From assembly GCF_035998645.1 (NCBI RefSeq), contig NZ_DASYHL010000005.1, positions 807,487 to 871,486 on the forward strand: a DNA stretch of 64,000 nt, in the 5' to 3' direction. The notes under the pieces are model-generated. The model saw only the letters and a list, made by a program, of their open reading frames with translations, made no database searches and had not been told where the DNA came from. The first letter of the stretch is position 1. Each line of letters begins with the position of its first letter. This DNA comes from Sphingomonas sp. GTDB taxonomy: Bacteria; Pseudomonadota; Alphaproteobacteria; Sphingomonadales; Sphingomonadaceae. The translations under genes and the position numbers were made by a program. Positions 46,643-55,401 of this stretch are shown in pieces.

Positions 46643-48526
46643 TTACCCGGACAGGGCGGACGCCGACTTTTGAAATTCCTGCCATAAGCAAAACTGCGCG
46701 ATACGGTGGAATTGCCTGACGCTGAGCTGACCAACGTTGCCTGCGCTCGCTGCCGACTGGCGCAATTCGTCGACCACGAAATCCATATCGACAAAATCCG
46801 CGACCGCCGGATCAGAGCGATGCCTCTCGAATAAGGCCATGAAATCGCCTGCCTCTGCAAAAAAGCGGGAAATGGCGAACGGTACAGAAGCCCAGGACTT
46901 GTCGTCGCGCATGCGCACGCGATCGGGCAACCGCCCTGACATTGCGGAACGGATGAGCGTCCGGCGCTGCCCACCGGGATGAAGCTTCAGACGATCCGGA
47001 AGTCGCAAACAGAACTCCACGAGACGCAGGTCCAGCATCGGATAGGCATACTCGAATCCAAGGGATCCAGCGCCAACGGCGCTATCCTGTGCGCGATGGC
47101 CAATATGTGGGCTGCTGATGACACTGCGCTCGCGAGAGCCGATTGTGCCCCAATAGGGACGCAACGGAAAACGCATGCGGCGCCGGGCTAGTTCGTCATC
47201 GGACAGTAGAGTGGGGCGAGTCAGGCGCGGCGCCTTTCGGCAACGGAGTTCGAACGCCCGCCGGGCGCGCCAATGTAGCAAAGTGCGGCCGACCGGAGTG
47301 CGCCAAGCGAGCCGGGCCAATGGACTGGCGACCAGTCGCGCGAGATCCTCCCACCGCGCTTCGCGCGCGAGACTTTCCACCAGTCCCGCTCCCTGGGAGG
47401 TCGCGAGCTGATCGCCGCCAAATCCCGATAGCAAAACTCTGCAATCATTCTCGCGCATCGCCTCTGCAACGCCGAGCTGCAGAGAATTGAAATCCCGTCG
47501 ATGCAATCCGCCGTGGCGCGCAATCGTGTCTGCTAGGGCAGAAACTTGAGGGACCGCACTGTTCGCAAGCCAGTAATGTTTGCCTACGGGAATTGCATCT
47601 AGAACGGCTTCAATCTCTACCCGCTCGTCGCTCAGCGGTGCATCGCCGCAGGTGGGCTCATTTAAGACGTGCGAAAGAGTGAGCATTATATCGCCCCGCG
47701 CTGCGATCACTGGCGCAGCGGTCACGGCAATACTTGTGGAATCGAGACCGCCGCTCAGTTCGCTTGCAACAGAGCCTGAAGCAGGCACGCGGCAAGCTAC
47801 AGCCTGATCGAACAGATGCCGATATTCGGCAACCGCGTCAGCGAGTGAGATAGTGTCTAACGACCCTGTAGTGGGTGGCGCCCAGATCTTGTCACGATTC
47901 TCAAAATGCGCCAGCTTTGAAATCCGCGTCGCCGGCGGAACAGCGGCAATTCCCTTGTAGGGCGTCGATCCCGAATCGGGTTTCACAATTTCCAGGAAAT
48001 CGCTGATCCACAACCTGTCTTCCGCGCGATCAACAAAGGGCAGCGCAAGCAGCGCGTCCATGGAACTGGCGAATGCGTAATAGCCTCCTCCTTCGGAGGT
48101 AAACAGGGGTCGGGTGCCCATGGCATCTCGCACAAGCTCCAGACAAGCTCGACCGGAATCCGCAACCGCCAGAGTAAATTCACCGACTAATCGCGCGGCA
48201 AAATCTTTTCCCCAGCGCTTATATGCAGCTAGGATCAGCGATGCATCGTTTCCCCGAATGCTCAACGCGTGCTGCAATTCAGCTCGATTGTGGAGCCGGC
48301 CGTCGATGACGGCACAGCTGTGGCCATCGTTGGCTGTTGCAAAGCCGCCTGGCATGTCGCGGGGTGACTGCGTGCGTTCGTGCACGCCAATGTAGCACTT
48401 GGACGCCGCAAAACGCGCTTGGTGATCGGAGGGCCACCGCCCGGCCCGCGACTCCATAGCTTCTATCCATGCTGTCGGGACAGGGTTTTGACTAAAGGAA
48501 AAGATACCAAATATGATGCTCAACAT
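46643..48526 (-). CDS. Asparagine-synthetase-like lasso cyclase (C protein)
   Basis: No N-terminal catalytic Cys (MLSIIFG); RDAMGTRPL, PP-loop SELSGGLDSTS, LLSGFGGDQ, YPMLDLRLVEF, LPDRVRMRDDK. Confidence 0.85.
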   Translation of the reverse strand: MLSIIFGIFSFSQNPVPTAWIEAMESRAGRWPSDHQARFAASKCYIGVHERTQSPRDMPGGFATANDGHSCAVIDGRLHNRAELQHALSIRGNDASLILAAYKRWGKDFAARLVGEFTLAVADSGRACLELVRDAMGTRPLFTSEGGGYYAFASSMDALLALPFVDRAEDRLWISDFLEIVKPDSGSTPYKGIAAVPPATRISKLAHFENRDKIWAPPTTGSLDTISLADAVAEYRHLFDQAVACRVPASGSVASELSGGLDSTSIAVTAAPVIAARGDIMLTLSHVLNEPTCGDAPLSDERVEIEAVLDAIPVGKHYWLANSAVPQVSALADTIARHGGLHRRDFNSLQLGVAEAMRENDCRVLLSGFGGDQLATSQGAGLVESLAREARWEDLARLVASPLARLAWRTPVGRTLLHWRARRAFELRCRKAPRLTRPTLLSDDELARRRMRFPLRPYWGTIGSRERSVISSPHIGHRAQDSAVGAGSLGFEYAYPMLDLRLVEFCLRLPDRLKLHPGGQRRTLIRSAMSGRLPDRVRMRDDKSWASVPFAISRFFAEAGDFMALFERHRSDPAVADFVDMDFVVDELRQSAASAGNVGQLSVRQFHRIAQFCLWQEFQKSASALSG

Positions 48527-49061
48527 CCACCTGCAAGCGCTTGATTATGCGTCCTCGTCTAATCCTCAAGACCCCGTAGTCAAATCGCGCTCCGAAGGCC
48601 GAACTTTCGTTGCTTGCGTCGTAAACGCCCGGAGCACCCCCTCTTGTCTGTCGGATCATGCTCTGTGCCGCAGTCGGATCGTAGGAAAGAACGACCGCTT
48701 CCGGGAACACCCATAGGGGCGTTCGACGATTGCTCATGGGGTGCATTTCCGACCGGCCGGTTATGCCAATAGCGGCCTGGCTGCTGATGGGCCGTTAGCC
48801 GACTGGCGGCTGTTGGCATGACGAACTACGGAAGCAGCCGTCGCGTCACTTGCGCGGACAGATTGTGTATCCTCTGGAAGAGGCTATCGGATTTCTGCGT
48901 TTTAATCCGCTAATTGCCAGAGATTATCTCTGGCGATCGGTCGCTAGGAGTTGGGTGGCTTCGGGGCGGCGACCGAGGCTATGCGCTTGCTCAGTATACA
49001 TTGCTCGAACCGGTAGGCTGGTTTCGCTAATCTGGCATCGCGAGGTCACGAAGTAGCCGCC

Positions 49062-49412
49062 TTAAAGCCGAACCCCGAACCGTCCCAGCACGATCGTCAT
49101 CCCCGCGTAGAGCAGGACCGTCAGCACGCACCCTGCGGCGAGTGCAGGCCAGAAACCGATGCCGCGCTTGAGCAACAGCGGGATCAACACGAACATCGGC
49201 AAGCTGGGAAGCACATACCAGAAGGTCGCGAGTGCGTGATCGGCCATCAGCGTTACGTCGGGTTTGTCGCGCCAGAGCCAGATCATGCCGAGGACCGAGA
49301 CCAGCGGCAGCGATGCGACCAGCGCGCCGAAGCCGGGAGAGCGGCGGGCGATTTCCGAGACCAGCGCGATGAGCACCCCGGAAATCGCCGCCTTGATCGC
49401 AAGGTAGAGCAT
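49062..49412 (-). CDS. DUF3147 family membrane protein
   Basis: KAAISG...ALVASLPLVS...TFWYVLPSLP. Confidence 0.8.
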   Translation of the reverse strand: MLYLAIKAAISGVLIALVSEIARRSPGFGALVASLPLVSVLGMIWLWRDKPDVTLMADHALATFWYVLPSLPMFVLIPLLLKRGIGFWPALAAGCVLTVLLYAGMTIVLGRFGVRL

Positions 49413-49473
49413 CGGAAGTCCTAAACCACACTGTGCGCATGCGCTGCCATCTTCAGCACTGCCCTTATTTCCT

Positions 49474-50502
49474 TCAGAACCAGGCGCGGACCCCCAGGAC
49501 GAGACTGGTCGAGTGCGTATCCTCTCCGCCCGCACGGGCGAACGACGCGGTTCGTCCGAACTTCCGCTCGTGCACGATGCCCACATAGGGCGCGAACTCG
49601 CGGGCGATTTCGTAGCGGAGCCGGACGCCGGCTTCGCCACTCGACAAGCCGGACCCGATACCGAGCGCAGGAATGTCCTGCGCCGAAAGGTCGAACTCGA
49701 TTTTCGGCTGGAGGATGAGGCGCTGGGTCAGACGCTGGTCATATTCCGCCGACGCACTGGCGCGTAGTTCGCCTTGCGTCGAAAGCGACAGATAGGCATC
49801 GACCTCGAACCAATAGGGGGCAAGTCCCTCGATACCGATCACCGCATGCGTCCGGTCAGGACCATGGCCGATCTCCTGGCGCAGGCCGCCCTGGAGATTG
49901 AAATAGGGGCCGATCGCACGCGAATAGAGTGCCTTCAGATCGACGCCCTCGATTGCTTCGCCGAAGGTGCCTTCGCCCTCAGCCTTCAGAGCGAGGCGGT
50001 TGATGTCGCCACCGAACCAGGCGTCCGTCTCGAAACGATAGCCTTCATGTCCTTTGCTAATGGTCAGTTCGGCCAGATCGATCGTCACCTTGCTGAACGT
50101 GCCGCCGCCGTGATGGCGGCGCAGGTCGTCGCGGGTCGGCTGCATCGCGTCCCGCCCCCAGACGCGGTCGGCATAGTTCGCCGCGACGGGGGCCGGTGCC
50201 GGGCTAGTGCCCGGCACCAGGTCGGTGCCGACCGCATCCTCTGCCGGTGCCGCGTCCTTGGGCGTGCAGTGACCCATTTTTGCGTGTTCGGGGGGACAAT
50301 CCGGGTCGCTGGCGGGTGGGCTTGCCGGAGCTTTGGCATCGGGCATCCGGCAATGCCCCATCGCCGCATGTTCGGGCGTGCAGGCTGACGCGGCCTGGGC
50401 ACTATCCTTGCGGGCGGCCATCGGCGGCATCGTCTGTCCGGCGGGGGCAAGACCCAGGACAGACACGAAGCCGGTCCCGGCGAGAAGCAAGCTGCCGATC
50501 AT
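49474..50502 (-). CDS. copB: Copper resistance protein B
   Basis: His/Met-rich N-terminus; WFGGDINRL, LYSRAIGPYF, GLAPYWFEV, RYEIAREFAPYVG, terminal WF. Confidence 0.92.
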   Translation of the reverse strand: MIGSLLLAGTGFVSVLGLAPAGQTMPPMAARKDSAQAASACTPEHAAMGHCRMPDAKAPASPPASDPDCPPEHAKMGHCTPKDAAPAEDAVGTDLVPGTSPAPAPVAANYADRVWGRDAMQPTRDDLRRHHGGGTFSKVTIDLAELTISKGHEGYRFETDAWFGGDINRLALKAEGEGTFGEAIEGVDLKALYSRAIGPYFNLQGGLRQEIGHGPDRTHAVIGIEGLAPYWFEVDAYLSLSTQGELRASASAEYDQRLTQRLILQPKIEFDLSAQDIPALGIGSGLSSGEAGVRLRYEIAREFAPYVGIVHERKFGRTASFARAGGEDTHSTSLVLGVRAWF

Positions 50503-52268
50503 GCCGCGTCCTCCTGCGGGCGCACCGTCACGACCTGCATCATCCCGGCATGCATGTGATAGAGCATGTGGCAGTGGAACGCCCAGTCGCCCACCGCATC
50601 GGCGGTAAAGTCGAACGCAGCGGTCCCGCCGGGTTGAACGTTGACGGTGTGCTTGCGCGGCGAATGGTCGCCATGCCCCGTCACCAGCTCGAAGAAATGT
50701 CCGTGCAGATGGATCGGGTGGGTCATCATCGTGTCGTTGACCAACGTGACGCGGACCCGCTCGCCTTCGGTGAACGGGATGGGTGCGCGCACTTCCGACA
50801 GCTTCTCGCCGTCGAACGCCCACATATAGCGTTCCATATTGCCGGTCAGGTGGATGCGCACTTCGCGCTCAGGTCCGCGAATGTCGGGGTTGCGATCGAG
50901 CGCGACCAGATCACGATAATTGAGAACACGATGGCCGACATCGTCCAGCCCCTGTCCGGGATCGCCCATCCGGTCGACCGGCATCGGTGAGATCGATTGG
51001 ACCGTCGGCGTCTTGGCAACGCCAGGGGCGACCGAAAAATCGCGCATCGAATGCTTCATCGCTGTGCCACCGCTGTGTTCCGCGCCGTCGCCGCTTGGCA
51101 TCGTGCAATGGCCCATCGCCGCATGCTCAGGCGTGCAGACGGCAGCGCCATGACCGCCCATGTCGCCCATCCCCATATCCTTCATCGTCGCCAGCGGTCG
51201 CTTGCGCAGGGGCGGCACGGCACCGCGCATGCCGGGCCGGGGTGCCAACGTCGCCACGCCCATGCCCGAGCGATCGACCGTCTCGGCGACCAAGGTGTAG
51301 GCGCGGTCCTCGCTTGGCTCGACGATCACGTCATAGGTTTCGGCGACCGCGATCTGAAACTCATCAACGGCCACTGGACGGACGTTCATTCCGTCCGCCT
51401 GCACGATGCTGAGCTTCAGCCCCGGAATGCGCAGGTTGAATGTCGTCATCGCCGACGCATTGACGATGCGCAGCCGCACGCGCTCGCCCGGTCGAAACAG
51501 TCCGGTCCAGTTCTCTTTCGGGCCATGGCCGTTGACGAGGTAGGTGTAGGTCGCGCCCGTGACGTCCGAGATGTCGGTCGGGTCCATACGCATCTTGCCC
51601 CACGCCATCCGCTCGGCGGTCGACATCGGCTCGCCGTCCGTCGCCGTCAGCTTCTGATGGTTGAAGTAGCCGCCCATCTGCTTGAGCTTCTGGAAGATCC
51701 GGTGCGGATGCATGAAGCTGTAGTCGGACAGCACGATCACATGCTCGCGATCCGACACGATCGGATCGGCACCTTCGGGATCGATCACGATCGGGCCGTA
51801 ATGGCCCATCTGCTCCTGCAACCCCGAATGGCTGTGATACCAGTAGGTGCCCGCCTGAACGATCGGGAACTCGTAGGTAAAGGTGGTGCGTGGCTTGATC
51901 CCAGGAAAGCTGACCCCCGGCACCCCGTCCATGTGAAAGGGGAGGATCAGGCCGTGCCAATGAATCGAGCTGTCTTCGTCCAGAGCGTTTTCGACATGAA
52001 GCCGGACATTCTGCCCCTCGCGCAACCGGATCAGCGGCCCCGGCACGGTGCCGTTGATCCCGATCGCATGGCCGTGGCGGCCGTCGAGATGGATCATCTG
52101 GTGCGCAATGCGCAGCCGGATGTCTTCGCCGGACACCGTCTTGAGGTCAGCAACCAGACCGGGAGAATTGCTGCGCGCCCATGCCGGCATCCATTGCGAA
52201 AGCGCAAGGGCAGCGCCCCCCATCCCGACGCCGCCGAGCAGCTGTCGTCGATCCATTGTTCGAACCAT
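50499..52268 (-). CDS. copA: Multicopper oxidase CopA (Tat-exported)
   Basis: RRQLL Tat motif; HWHG, WYHSH, HPIHLHG, HCHMLYHMHAGM. Confidence 0.95.
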   Translation of the reverse strand: MVRTMDRRQLLGGVGMGGAALALSQWMPAWARSNSPGLVADLKTVSGEDIRLRIAHQMIHLDGRHGHAIGINGTVPGPLIRLREGQNVRLHVENALDEDSSIHWHGLILPFHMDGVPGVSFPGIKPRTTFTYEFPIVQAGTYWYHSHSGLQEQMGHYGPIVIDPEGADPIVSDREHVIVLSDYSFMHPHRIFQKLKQMGGYFNHQKLTATDGEPMSTAERMAWGKMRMDPTDISDVTGATYTYLVNGHGPKENWTGLFRPGERVRLRIVNASAMTTFNLRIPGLKLSIVQADGMNVRPVAVDEFQIAVAETYDVIVEPSEDRAYTLVAETVDRSGMGVATLAPRPGMRGAVPPLRKRPLATMKDMGMGDMGGHGAAVCTPEHAAMGHCTMPSGDGAEHSGGTAMKHSMRDFSVAPGVAKTPTVQSISPMPVDRMGDPGQGLDDVGHRVLNYRDLVALDRNPDIRGPEREVRIHLTGNMERYMWAFDGEKLSEVRAPIPFTEGERVRVTLVNDTMMTHPIHLHGHFFELVTGHGDHSPRKHTVNVQPGGTAAFDFTADAVGDWAFHCHMLYHMHAGMMQVVTVRPQEDAA

Positions 52269-52299
52269 GGCTTGTTAAAGCTCCGTTGAATTGCACCTG

Positions 52300-52327
52300 A
52301 CTACGCGCCGATGCGGGTCATCCCTCA
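52300..52327 (-). promoter_or_regulatory. ECF-sigma promoter for copAB
   Basis: TGAGGGA-N15-CGTAGT; same spacing as three other promoters in the cluster. Confidence 0.7.
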
Positions 52328-52347
52328 CGGCGATGCATGCTTTGGGC

Positions 52348-53109
52348 TCAGTGCGTGGCGAGCAGCGATGGTTTTGCCACCATCCACACCGCCATCGCGA
52401 CCATCATCACATTCTCGGTCAGCGAGACGAAACCCAGCGGAACCTTGCTATCGCCGCCGACACAGGCGCATTTGAGCTCCCGCCGCTCGATATAGACGGC
52501 ATAGAACACGGATACCGCGCCGATCGTGCCGATGAACAATGCGATGGGCACCGAAAGCCACATCATCGTCCCCGCGACCATCAGAACGCCGGCGGCCAAC
52601 TCTGCAAAGGGATAGATGCGGCCATAGGGCACCCACCGCTTCGCCAGCAGGTCGTAATTGAGGAACATCGTCGCGAAGCTCTCGACATCCTTGAGCTTCT
52701 GAAGCGCGAGCAGACACATGGCAAACGCGATGAACCACTCGGCCGCGCGAACCGTGAACAGGCTCTGTTCGATCGCCCAGCTCGCCGACAGCGCCATCGC
52801 GGCGGCGACGCCGAACAGAGCGATGACCGGGACATAGGTCACCGCGTCCTTGTCGCGGACGCGCTTGCCCAGATAACGGCGCAAATCGTCATAGCCGCCG
52901 ATCCGCCGCCCGTCGATGAAGACCTGTGGCGTGGTCGCCACCTCATGCTCTGCCTTGAACGCGTCGGTTTCGGACCGCGTCGTCAAATGATGGTCATCGA
53001 CCGAAAAGCCTTCGCGCCGGAGCAGGTCGAGTGCCTTCAGCCCATAGGGGCAGGTGTGCTTGGGCATCACCATGCGAAACAATTCTGCGGTCTTTGCAAT
53101 GCGTGTCAC
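52348..53109 (-). CDS. Glutaredoxin + MauE/DoxX membrane-domain fusion
   Basis: CPYG, TTPQVFIDGRRIGGYDDL, then TM helices and CACVGG. Confidence 0.85.
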   Translation of the reverse strand: MTRIAKTAELFRMVMPKHTCPYGLKALDLLRREGFSVDDHHLTTRSETDAFKAEHEVATTPQVFIDGRRIGGYDDLRRYLGKRVRDKDAVTYVPVIALFGVAAAMALSASWAIEQSLFTVRAAEWFIAFAMCLLALQKLKDVESFATMFLNYDLLAKRWVPYGRIYPFAELAAGVLMVAGTMMWLSVPIALFIGTIGAVSVFYAVYIERRELKCACVGGDSKVPLGFVSLTENVMMVAMAVWMVAKPSLLATH

Positions 53110-53164
53110 GTCGAACTCCTTGAATTTGCGGAGTCGGGGTCACTTCCAACCCCAACGTGATGGG

Positions 53165-53195
53165 CCAATAATCCTTCCAACCATTGGAAGGTCAA
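53165..53195 (-). promoter_or_regulatory. CueR-type MerR promoter/operator
   Basis: Minus strand TTGACC-TTCCAATGGTTGGAAGGA: -35 overlapping the dyad ACCTTCC-N7-GGAAGGA, matching the known CueR box; faces the grx-MauE gene. Confidence 0.85.
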
Positions 53196-53243
53196 GCCGG
53201 TGCCATTATATTTTTTTCCGTCGGTATCAGCGGGCGGGCAGAC

Positions 53244-53657
53244 ATGAATATAGGCACGGCGGCGCGGTTGACGGGCATCTCGGCCAAGATGATCCGCTAT
53301 TATGAAGAGATCGGGCTCATCCCGCCCGCCGATCGCCGCGATTCCGGCTATCGCGACTATTCGGATGCCAATGTCCACGAGCTACGATTCATCGGACGCG
53401 CACGCGACCTGGGATTTTCGGTCGCAGAGATTTCCGAACTGTTGGGCCTGTGGCGCGATCGCGGGCGCAAGAGCGCCGATGTGAAGGCCATGGCCGCGGG
53501 CCACATCCGTAAACTTCAGGCCAAGATCGACTCGTTGCAGGCGATGGTCGACACGCTGAGGGATCTTGCGTCGCACTGCGCGGGGGATGATCGTCCGGAA
53601 TGTCCGATCATCGCGAAGCTGAACGATCCATCGGATCACCCTGCATCCAGCAGATAG
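53244..53657 (+). CDS. cueR: Cu(I)-responsive MerR-family regulator
   Basis: MNIG.AA...IRYYE, SGYRDY, metal loop CAGDDRPEC. Confidence 0.92.
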   Translation: MNIGTAARLTGISAKMIRYYEEIGLIPPADRRDSGYRDYSDANVHELRFIGRARDLGFSVAEISELLGLWRDRGRKSADVKAMAAGHIRKLQAKIDSLQAMVDTLRDLASHCAGDDRPECPIIAKLNDPSDHPASSR

Positions 53658-54190
53658 CGGCGCGCGCGGTATAGCCGCGTCTCGACGGCCTTTTCGCTGA
53701 TCCCGAGCAGTTCGGCGACCTCCGCCTGGGACAGTTCGTCCATCGTCCGCAGCAGCAGCACTTCCCGCAGGCGCGCGGGCATTCCCGCTATCCTCCGTTC
53801 GATGCTGGTCAGTTCGCTGCGGTCGGCCAGCTGGCGATCGGGCAAGGCAGCGTCATCGGCGACATTCTGACCCTCGCCGATCGGCAGCAGTGCCCGAAGC
53901 GCCGCGCGCACGCGCTCCTTGCGCCGCCAGTCCCGCGCCTTGTTGAGCGCGATCCGCGCGAGCCAACCCCGTAGCGGGCGATCGGGATCATACCGCCGGA
54001 GCGCAGCATGCGCCGACACGAACGCCTCCTGAACCAGGTCTAGCGCTTCGTCGGGATCGCCAACCAGCCGGACGATGATGGCGTAGAGATAGCGTTTATA
54101 GCGCCCGACCAGAATGGCGAACGCGTGCTGGTCCCCCGCCAGCGTTCGCGACACCAAAGCGGCATCGCTGACATCGTCGCCGACGCTCAC
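53636..54190 (-). CDS. ECF RNA polymerase sigma factor (CnrH-like)
   Basis: DLVQEAF, WLARIALNKARD, EVAELLGISEKAVETRLYRAR. Confidence 0.9.
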   Translation of the reverse strand: MSVGDDVSDAALVSRTLAGDQHAFAILVGRYKRYLYAIIVRLVGDPDEALDLVQEAFVSAHAALRRYDPDRPLRGWLARIALNKARDWRRKERVRAALRALLPIGEGQNVADDAALPDRQLADRSELTSIERRIAGMPARLREVLLLRTMDELSQAEVAELLGISEKAVETRLYRARRYLLDAG

Positions 54191-54621
54191 TGGGGCGCTT
54201 CGACAAGCGCCTTGGTCACCGCCTCATCGAACACCCCGACCTGATCTTCCCGCAGCAAGGCGCGCATCGCGAATACATGCGCAACGGTCGCCTTTTGCAG
54301 CTCGCCCATCGTCATATGCGTGGCATCGATCGCCGCCTCGACCGCAGGGCCGTTGCGGTGCTCCGCCTGGATCGCGGCGGCCAACCTACGATTGTCTGCG
54401 CGCATCCGCGCCTCGAGCGACCGACGCTGCTCCGCGAAATCGCGCTCCAGAATCTCCAGCTTCTTCGCCTGCTCGACGTCGAGGTTCAGCCGGTCGTGCA
54501 GCACGGCGTGAATATCGACCGAGGGCTTGGTAGGTGCAGGGATCAGAAAATGCGCGACCAACGCGCCGCACAGCGCGGCAGCAAACGCAATCATCGCGAG
54601 TCCGGCGCGGCGGCGGATCAT
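54187..54621 (-). CDS. Periplasmic heavy-metal sensor (CnrX-like)
   Basis: TM anchor; IHAVLHDRLNL, THMTMGELQKATVAHVFAMR. Confidence 0.8.
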   Translation of the reverse strand: MIRRRAGLAMIAFAAALCGALVAHFLIPAPTKPSVDIHAVLHDRLNLDVEQAKKLEILERDFAEQRRSLEARMRADNRRLAAAIQAEHRNGPAVEAAIDATHMTMGELQKATVAHVFAMRALLREDQVGVFDEAVTKALVEAPQ

Positions 54622-54902
54622 TCGGCCGCGCTGCCCAGCAACAACGTGGAGGGGGCGAGCGGCCCCGGCTCAACCAACCCATGCGGCGTTGCGGCCACCG
54701 CGCGCTGGCCGGGCACGCCGCCGACGACCGCGCCGATCATCAGTGCGCTCGCCGCAAGCATCACGGTCATGCGCAGCCCCACCGCGTCGGAACTTCGCGC
54801 ATCAATGCCTGCGATGACGCGGACCTCGATGCCGTCGAGGCCGGGATGCTCGGACCATCGCGTTTGCGCCATGTGCGCGGTATAGTCGATTTCGGTTGTC
54901 AT
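54618..54902 (-). CDS. Anti-sigma factor (CnrY-like)
   Basis: 94 aa, single TM, C-terminal LAPSTLL; first gene of the Y-X-H operon. Confidence 0.65.
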   Translation of the reverse strand: MTTEIDYTAHMAQTRWSEHPGLDGIEVRVIAGIDARSSDAVGLRMTVMLAASALMIGAVVGGVPGQRAVAATPHGLVEPGPLAPSTLLLGSAAE

Positions 54903-54922
54903 CTCTGTCGTCTCCGCCCCTC

Positions 54923-54950
54923 ATTACGTGCGTATGGGCGCGTGCCCTCG
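54923..54950 (-). promoter_or_regulatory. ECF-sigma promoter for the cnrYXH-like operon
   Basis: CGAGGGC-N15-CGTAAT. Confidence 0.7.
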
Positions 54951-54956
54951 AAATTT

Positions 54957-54984
54957 CGAGGGGTGCGATATGCCTGCACGTATC
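54957..54984 (+). promoter_or_regulatory. ECF-sigma promoter for copCD
   Basis: CGAGGGG-N15-CGTATC, back-to-back with the cnrY-like promoter. Confidence 0.7.
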
Positions 54985-55010
54985 ATGCATCGAACCAACT
55001 GGAGTAGTTC

Positions 55011-55400
55011 ATGCGCTTCCTTTCGAAATCCATCTTCGCGGCAGCGATCTTCGCGCTGCTCGCAGTGCCGGGCATCGCGCTGGCTCATCCCAAGCTGCTG
55101 TCGGCGAGCCCAGCCGAGAATGCGACGGTCAAGACCGCCTCGCGTATTGTCCTGAAGTTCAGCGAGCGGCTGACGCCGAAGCTGTCGGGAGCGACGCTGA
55201 CCATGACCGGCATGCCGGGGATGGCCAACCACCCCGACATGAAGATGACCAGCGTCAACGCAGCGATCGGCAGCGACGGCAGCTCGATCGTGCTGACCTC
55301 GCCCAAGCCGCTCCCGGCTGGCACCTATCGGGTCGACTGGCACGTCGTCGGCGGCGACACGCATCGGATTACCGGCACACACAGCTTCACCATCGGCTGA
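55011..55400 (+). CDS. copC: Copper resistance protein CopC
   Basis: ALA|HPKLLSASP (N-terminal His), Met-rich loop, YRVDWHVVGGDTHRITG. Confidence 0.93.
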   Translation: MRFLSKSIFAAAIFALLAVPGIALAHPKLLSASPAENATVKTASRIVLKFSERLTPKLSGATLTMTGMPGMANHPDMKMTSVNAAIGSDGSSIVLTSPKPLPAGTYRVDWHVVGGDTHRITGTHSFTIG

Positions 55401-55401
55401 C

